64,000 nt of DNA from Caldisericia bacterium (GTDB lineage: Bacteria; Caldisericota; Caldisericia; JAAYUI01), in assembly GCA_963674785.1 (NCBI GenBank), contig OY771555.1:608001-672000 (forward strand). Reading direction: 5' to 3'. The notes below the pieces were generated by a model that was not told where the DNA came from, ran no database searches, and worked only from the letters and a program-made list of their open reading frames with translations. Numbering within the stretch: position 1 is the stretch's first letter; each line of letters opens with the position of its first letter. Shown here piece after piece: positions 59,201 to 64,000 of this stretch. Both the position numbers and the translations under genes were made by a program.

Positions 59201-62200
59201 TGATGATAACGCAGACCGTGCATTCTCACCATATTGGGATCCAAGCCCACTTCAGGAAACATACCAGTCAGACAACGCTCCTGAAAACCAGATGAGATAC
59301 TCACACGAAGTTTACCTTGCAGGTCAGATGGCAATTCCAGTAGAGCCAGAAGACACACTTATTGTTAACCTTGCAAGTCCAAACAAACTTACCGCAGGTA
59401 TCACACCAGAACTTATCTCACCAGATACACCTCTCATGATTGAGGTCAAAGACGAGTTCGGTGCCCCAGTTGACCTTTCATATGGTATCGAAGATATAGA
59501 TGGTGAATTCATTGTCGAAGATGAAGATATTTGGAAATATCTCTTCAGAGATCCACATCCAGATAACAGATACTACTTCGGACAGGATGCTTCACTTCCA
59601 CAGTACTACTATCTCAGAACTGACCTTCACAACACAGACGAAACATATGCAAACAACGAAGAGCTTTACTCGGTAAGAACAATTGATTCAGCAACATGTG
59701 TTGAGTCAATGGCAATCCCATTCAGACCAATTGAAACAAACTTTAGCAATAAAGAAAACGGACAGTACATCTTCCGTGGATTCTGTGCCAATGACGTCAC
59801 CGTTTGGAAGGGTGAACCAGGCGATCCAGAAGAAGAAGAATGGCTTAAACAGCATCAGTTTGTTGTCTATGTCTACACACCAGACAGAACCCAGCGTGGA
59901 ACCCTCGTGATTGATATCGAGTCACCACAGGTTGAGTATGAAATTACAAACGTTGAAAACCTTGAAATGACTCAGATGTCACCAGGCGACCCAGACTTCG
60001 TCATGACAGCCGCTGACAACAGAGTTTACAAGATCAGAGCAACCGTTAAGGACGCAGAAGGTAGACTCGTTAAGGGTGTCACCAAGGGCGTTAGTGTTTG
60101 TGGTGGTGGTGTTAAGAGTACCGCAAGATTTACACCATTTGTCACAAGACCAGAGAGCTTTGAGTTTGACTTCTCACCATGCGAAGGTGCACCATGTGGC
60201 GAAAAAGTTTATCCACACATCGGATTTGACTTCAACGCTTCAGGTAAAACTGCAACACTTATCGATGACATCATCGAACCAGGTAACGAAGAATTCTACC
60301 AGATGGGTGGATTCTTCCTTAATTCAGATCTTTCATATCAGATTTGCCGTGACAGAACTGCATCAGGTTATGTTGAATACAACACAACAAACCACTGGTA
60401 TCAGTTCGACAACACATGGGAAACTGACTATGTCAACCCATCAGATCCATCCCACAAGGGTTGGGCAATCAACATGACACTTCCTCCAAACCTTGAGTTC
60501 CTTACAGAAGGAACAACCGAACCAGAGGTTAGAGGCTGGGGACTTGGTTCAATCTATAACTACGAGTGGTACACAGGTGCCCTCTTCACAGATGTTGATA
60601 GAAATGGAAACCTTGATTATCACGACTCACTTGGACTTGATGTCAACGCTCAGACAGAGTTCTATCTTTGGGCAGAAGACGTATTCAATGTCGGTGGACT
60701 TGTTGGTAGCAACGTTTACTGTAACAACCTCAATGAAGCTGACCTTGCTGGTTATCCACCAAGAGACAGAACAGACCCAAGAGAAATGCACAGAAGATTT
60801 AGATACACAGTATCTAATGACCAGACATTCTATCTTGACTGGGAAGCATGGCCAGATCATACAGCAGCAGTTAGAGCTCCATACATTGAAGTAAGACATG
60901 CAGACGACATGGATAGACCAGAATACAGCAAAGAAAAATTCTGGAATCCAGAAAACTACGACCTTGTTTACAATGTTCCAAACCACATGGTTTGCTTTGT
61001 GTATCCAGCTGACTACAAGACATCTCGCGATGAGTTCAGAGATGTTCCAATGCATAACGACGGAATTGTAATCTTTGTTGGTAACCAGCACGAGACAGTG
61101 ATCTTTGGTAAGACTCACGACTCAGACTTCGATCCAAATGCAAAAGAGACAACCAGTCACTACACCCCAACCGGAACCGGTGAAGGTACTCTTGAGATGT
61201 TCTACATGTCAAAGAACAAGTGGTATGTCCTCAACACCGAAGTTTGCTGCGAAGGCGAAATCAAACTTGATAACCCAGAGTACTACAGTGTTTACGTTCA
61301 GGATCTCGATGTCTACAAGGGACTTGCAATTGATGTCAAGACTCTTGAGCCACTCACTCCAAAAGCAACTGTAACACTTTACATCACAGTCACCGAAATG
61401 GGTGCAGGATATCCAATCAGTGGAGCAAATGTTAAAGTAAGCGGACAGGGACTTGATATCTCCAAGAGAACAAACTCCGAAGGTAAGGTAGAAATTGAAG
61501 TAGCACCAGCATCAACCGGATTCATCACAATCACAGCTGAAAGTGATGCAAACGGATCAGGTGAGGTCAGATTGATGGTCGGATCCGACAAGACCCCACC
61601 AATGCTCGTTGTTGACCCACCAGCACCAGTTACCAATAAGAAAGAGATTTCTGTAACAGGTACAACAGATGCAGGTGTCGTTGTTACAATCAACGGCAAC
61701 AAAGCAACTGTCAAAGCTGATGGAACATTCACAGGCAAAGTTAACCTTCAGCCAGGTAAAAACCCAATCACTGTCGTTGCAAAAGATGGTTCTGGTAACA
61801 TGACAACAAAGACTGTCTATACAACACTTGATACTGAGCCAGCATCAGTTCTTCTTGAGACAAAAGGTCCATTCTACAATGCAGATCCAGCAGAAGCAGT
61901 AACTCTCAAGGGTCGCGTTGAGGAAGGATGCACCGTTGTCCTTAAAGATAGCAGCGGCGGAAAAGTTGCCGACGCTTCAGTTGTTCATGATCATTTTGAA
62001 GTAGATGTTAAACTCAAAGCTGCACCAAGCAAAAATGAGTTTGTAATCGAGGCAACTGACCCAGCAGGTAATGTAACATCTTCACCATTTGTCATTGAAA
62101 ATATCGAGAGAATCGAAATTGCTGTTGTTGCTGGTAAAGCTGGCGTCACAGTCAATGGTGAACTCAAGACACTCCCAGAAGCAGTTCAGACAAACAATGT

Positions 62201-62477
62201 CGCACCATATCAGCTCTTTGAGTATCTTGGTGCAGTCCCAACCGCAAACAACGCTTCCGGAGTTGTTGAGATTAAACTCAATGGAACAACAATCACTGTT
62301 AATGTTGGTTCAACAGAAGCAACAGTTGACGGTAAAACTGTCGATATCGCAATAGCACCAACAAAAGGTAATTCAAGCATTTTGGTTCCAGTAAGAACCA
62401 TAGCAACTGCCCTCGGCATCACAACATGGATTGGTGACGACGGTACAACTCTCTACCTTAGATACGACAGACACTAA
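53229..62477 (+). CDS. giant (~3082 aa) secreted surface/envelope protein with C-terminal Ig-like and stalk domains
   Basis: ATG after GAAAGGAG begins a signal peptide (MKKSISILVAIL); DKTPP..ISVTGTTD Ig-like repeats; terminal stalk-like LVPVRTIATALG; strongly biased codons. Confidence 0.85.
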   Translation: MKKSISILVAILMLFTAFTATTQFSTDDVLATDNTNAVFIAVRWAPNGRIWSGDQIYPPAGESAMEARNFTSGGHVVSWGRPGFQMPAGVHCWTEFYLDVDANRGESQESNHWYAIVDTDGNLWFDRDGHFHDSRYYTYADPWTDNYQQDPARTDDNCKDNPYARVDPITSNNTQGPYTFPQYNISGALNPNDPLDENPVYFMDKNVGRTFRVGYADLEAHNPGSVVQADPYTGQNPWDYGLDLERFLDGRNPQNPMPPVMQEPPWDYDGAAGPAINTYDVNEYFFDGALDTWNYGEEWHADNAPGTRDTTGPNNMHEYLFGDFIYRKGTIDAGNIVTGMDRNAGADADYPHMFGCTRLTPVVVPTSWGRYVRYPAGSVVVDSRSNGGTPGTRDPGDDLDVGLAVYRFPLSADNFDPAGNPPMNLNNAWGSIGSTVHLEEPWGYEELEWNGANPELFDYAVQQTPNGNVSLSEAIYMKDTGGSTIDFTDRRLTNWGSGQMFLDRTDVTGFIQPGDVLILSEVLRGGCATPTYDISVETDLWEGMLPSVTSAALRSPNGEITYRAQTIQKSTVLGQDPDDFAVPACTFEGVKLDYREYLGVEIWKDDGVNNMLDLGQLFATPSTYVATEYNNTDDYHEGEVSELFVGAQGSEVDTDIGLGHDTLTMGRQTAPTNMVVLPMSDFFQQTRRLDFNAPNGPVGAGTYGANGHPYYNQLAPNAEQYFEVNPNGFGAPVRFFDVQNPGGYMSDALGQNIYGCGEALYRDMDYLLPSTAEGVGAFEISMGDIRLTEVTVTRMDPATSTSTVIVYHRDSVVAPGDQDVNLWAGFGGWDAYNDIPCGNDLSPFMTNYYDGYIMAHEVYPWSAGTVISGNFQPVWLDWEHEDPYDNTKDIGMNYRYDAGEFIYDVGFLFSKNQEDKDPTDPGLEFPGEDNLSSWANPFGTVSEGWTRLTPVEYGGRYYQCGTQTSITDEWINTIPVQGITYGRNGNRRYLDMEVIPGDPGIVVETSSNLKVEQTTEFRVSFESGAELVEGHWDGPSWVPDEVGYVILQGNGIFYGPEGATYLNNVLYELTPDRPEARFHFTPYRGNCLTNPPGDPGDMVELFVIREKGGVVPAPPDGYYADYFFERWYKNANYDLGQTPYHYIPALEIPDENRLPYPPLPDNLKNNYDCFKKVQYQVEPEELIIESNKLCITTLDQRFPNLEFTLFDADNENDVNDPANIPFSIPFDNNTIQQPFHTNIVNYNCHGGGIDFMCVAAPEDPTYVNDPSNHKFIIQYNLDGTYFYWYWYEPTNSATINNPQIPGALDPNDVVIGQEWNMGFPIDPNMDVKRTPVMVEDRTTIDDVDCSNGATLCDVCYIDGMRAIGDITGKYHNELRSDKLGIFDGTFGHIYQYGIPTYVTGYGQLTDADQGGTCLALAKPTDGSTHMEVRIYSYMNVFDYNSTIAHPELTDGAPYFVYDKMGGEMPSYGIDYCGTHDMKVYPPDPYVNFAEFHVIDHGLQFSKVHYTAGANTGGYIGPLSPLQIPTPQIIAPYDPILRYIPTEFRCYPGGQTHAGRATGQVWGNYGGPFGWNAYPAIWSRQTKKNLQYEQYGKLGTEFFPLTDYMLLFVLKDGSGRHLSFDPDHDPDRRITRMVVSGPFARPKVLNNITGSVVAPYEYNQMTQVPIQYDFSGKIVIDETNWTDFEMVEVTENFNGDAANEPYAGYGNIPNENDQYRDPNPFIEKLDNLNFASIGYMNPIGAGQHENTDNVFVIDELIPWQPGKILVYVTLYDGTFKMYQDCCTSPPTDGIDVHALGIEYTISEDEEIRHIPLGIDNKLEIKLTEEQPYHNDIAEASIFCNDAYIYVWQDRGVARAGEDFYTGAGDAWVTNPPGSSRFYYGRDDGNAAQYDVTWDDNPIDINGNGIVSFAERETEIVGSYNIATNTWSGGLVDARTFQRNNGIYVFELTEDNGCQVTDSGLDFGGEEGVGDEPDHIISDKELLPLYITAYKYGDDNADRAFSPYWDPSPLQETYQSDNAPENQMRYSHEVYLAGQMAIPVEPEDTLIVNLASPNKLTAGITPELISPDTPLMIEVKDEFGAPVDLSYGIEDIDGEFIVEDEDIWKYLFRDPHPDNRYYFGQDASLPQYYYLRTDLHNTDETYANNEELYSVRTIDSATCVESMAIPFRPIETNFSNKENGQYIFRGFCANDVTVWKGEPGDPEEEEWLKQHQFVVYVYTPDRTQRGTLVIDIESPQVEYEITNVENLEMTQMSPGDPDFVMTAADNRVYKIRATVKDAEGRLVKGVTKGVSVCGGGVKSTARFTPFVTRPESFEFDFSPCEGAPCGEKVYPHIGFDFNASGKTATLIDDIIEPGNEEFYQMGGFFLNSDLSYQICRDRTASGYVEYNTTNHWYQFDNTWETDYVNPSDPSHKGWAINMTLPPNLEFLTEGTTEPEVRGWGLGSIYNYEWYTGALFTDVDRNGNLDYHDSLGLDVNAQTEFYLWAEDVFNVGGLVGSNVYCNNLNEADLAGYPPRDRTDPREMHRRFRYTVSNDQTFYLDWEAWPDHTAAVRAPYIEVRHADDMDRPEYSKEKFWNPENYDLVYNVPNHMVCFVYPADYKTSRDEFRDVPMHNDGIVIFVGNQHETVIFGKTHDSDFDPNAKETTSHYTPTGTGEGTLEMFYMSKNKWYVLNTEVCCEGEIKLDNPEYYSVYVQDLDVYKGLAIDVKTLEPLTPKATVTLYITVTEMGAGYPISGANVKVSGQGLDISKRTNSEGKVEIEVAPASTGFITITAESDANGSGEVRLMVGSDKTPPMLVVDPPAPVTNKKEISVTGTTDAGVVVTINGNKATVKADGTFTGKVNLQPGKNPITVVAKDGSGNMTTKTVYTTLDTEPASVLLETKGPFYNADPAEAVTLKGRVEEGCTVVLKDSSGGKVADASVVHDHFEVDVKLKAAPSKNEFVIEATDPAGNVTSSPFVIENIERIEIAVVAGKAGVTVNGELKTLPEAVQTNNVAPYQLFEYLGAVPTANNASGVVEIKLNGTTITVNVGSTEATVDGKTVDIAIAPTKGNSSILVPVRTIATALGITTWIGDDGTTLYLRYDRH

Positions 62478-62508
62478 TTATTCTTAAGTAAACAATCTTA
62501 GGACTTAT

Positions 62509-62540
62509 AAAGCCCGCGGCAGAAATGACCGCGGGCTTTT
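62509..62540 (+). terminator. intrinsic terminator
   Basis: AAAGCCCGCGG-cagaaatga-CCGCGGGCTTTT. Confidence 0.9.
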
Positions 62541-62786
62541 GTTATATATGGATACATTTTTTTGCTTTTAGGTTTTTTCATAGTTCTTTTAAAGTATCTG
62601 CATGTCTTGTATTAACGCTGTGGATTTAAAAATGATTCTCAGTTTGGTTTGCGATAACCATGTGAACAATATTGGTAAAGATTAGAACTTAATAGAATAG
62701 AAGAAATATCTCGATGGTCATAACTTTTTTGAGAGAACCCATGCAAGCAGTTGTAGGACTTTTGGCTTAGTTTTTTGAGTGTGTTT

Positions 62787-63851
62787 TTATTTGTTTTTTG
62801 TTGGCACACATATCGCAAGCACAATAACCGTCAAAAATACAATGCCGATCACGATTGGCCATATATATTCAAAAAGCTGGTTGCCGATTGATGTTGCGGT
62901 TATCACACCGATGATAAGCCAAAAATATCCAAGTGTCTTGTCAAGCGAAAGAGCAGCCCAAAGCATTATTATGGGGATCGAAAAAAGGATTCCACCCGAT
63001 AGAAATGACGCAAGGGGAACAATTGAGATAGGAAGATATGCGTAGATGAATAATGAAATTCCACCGACTCCAACAATGGCTGCGATCGAATAGAAACAGG
63101 CAAGACTCAGGTCATAGTTTCCAATCTTCCAAAGGAAAATACCAGCAAGAATCAGGAACAAAATGATAAGTCCAAGAAAGAGAAATGGTGGAAGTGTTGG
63201 AATGAACTCTGATTCAGTGATGAGAGAATAAAGAGTATAATTCCTGTTGAATGTGAGATTTTTTCTGTTTATGGTGAAGTTGTTGTCATGATAAGTCCAG
63301 CTAACGGTTTTATCATTGATACTGAAATCTGTGAGATTTTCTCTGTCTCCTGAGATATTGCCATCTCCTTCAGCCCAGTTTTCAAGATAATAGTAAAGAT
63401 TCAAATAATCATTTTTGACCCAACTGTCTGGGTTTAGAGCAAAAAAGCCATGAGGACTTACAACAGCAATATTATTTGTGGTAACAAGAATCAATCCTCC
63501 CTTGTGAATACCTCTGTCGATACCCACTGCAAGCAGTTTGTCGGTGGTTTTGTTTGATGTTTTCACATCGAAGTGGATATAGAAACCAAATGAGAACGGC
63601 GAAATTGATGTTCCCTTTGAGATCATGTAAAACTCGGGGAGGAATTCCTTTTCCTGGAAGACCTTTGAAAAGCTACCAGAAAGACCATCTTTTGGCATAC
63701 TTGATAATTCGGATATTCCAAATGTTTTTGGTCTTACTGAGAGCATCTTTTCAGAAACGATATGAATCCCGCAAAAAACAACCCCTGCAAGAAGAAGGAC
63801 TGTAAGAACGATTGCAATAACTAGAAACCCATTAACTCTACTACTTTTCAT
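62787..63851 (-). CDS. hypothetical membrane protein
   Basis: N-terminal TM, extracytoplasmic segment, about 5 C-terminal TM helices; SD GGAGG. Confidence 0.7.
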   Translation of the reverse strand: MKSSRVNGFLVIAIVLTVLLLAGVVFCGIHIVSEKMLSVRPKTFGISELSSMPKDGLSGSFSKVFQEKEFLPEFYMISKGTSISPFSFGFYIHFDVKTSNKTTDKLLAVGIDRGIHKGGLILVTTNNIAVVSPHGFFALNPDSWVKNDYLNLYYYLENWAEGDGNISGDRENLTDFSINDKTVSWTYHDNNFTINRKNLTFNRNYTLYSLITESEFIPTLPPFLFLGLIILFLILAGIFLWKIGNYDLSLACFYSIAAIVGVGGISLFIYAYLPISIVPLASFLSGGILFSIPIIMLWAALSLDKTLGYFWLIIGVITATSIGNQLFEYIWPIVIGIVFLTVIVLAICVPTKNK

Positions 63852-64000
63852 TTCGCCTCCGTATGGGTTTTATTGTAATAATAAGCCTCATAATTGCAAT
63901 ATTACAGGGGTTTGTAGCACCCATTTTTGGAATTTTTCACCCATTATGTCACATTTCTCCTTCGTCTTTACGGGCTCGACCCGGAAACTCTTCTTCCATG

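Noticed and set aside
53368-62422. Many 60-160 aa alternative-frame ORFs inside the giant gene
   Set aside because: Expected by-product of strong codon bias; no SDs or recognisable motifs
62580-62824. 61-aa ORF with SQKSY twice, or a decayed gene tail
   Set aside because: Overlaps the upstream gene end, has no SD, and the similarity is too short to support
63946-64000. Possible 3' end of a minus-strand gene at the window edge
   Set aside because: Too short to establish frame or identity

Overview
Low-GC bacterial chromosome segment containing the replication-origin region. Many copper-amine-oxidase-N ('stalk') surface proteins and a group 3b hydrogenase suggest an anaerobe, possibly Caldisericota-like (inference only). 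Left to right: tRNA-Ser, mnmG with an embedded perfect parS, a HEPN-HEPN-MNT module, a group 3b [NiFe] hydrogenase operon with protease and two-component pair, three paralogous stalk-domain surface proteins, a TPR-Lon protease lacking an ATPase, lipoproteins, hutH, an NYN RNase, a frameshifted carboxyltransferase, four paralogous lipoproteins, rhuM #1, recO, an ArsR-ABC exporter, parB-parA, rhuM #2, tmRNA, hisS, oriC, dnaA and a ~3080-aa surface protein. Best leads: (1) a two-fold symmetric candidate unwinding element in oriC, plus DnaA-box clusters spread over 26 kb; (2) an NYN gene sharing a symmetric bidirectional promoter with a ~50-nt two-hairpin RNA; (3) the ATPase-less TPR-Lon protease; (4) two integrase-free rhuM insertions, one flanked by a duplicated gene end and one abutting the tmRNA CCA. 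All calls are by eye; no searches or folding programs were run.
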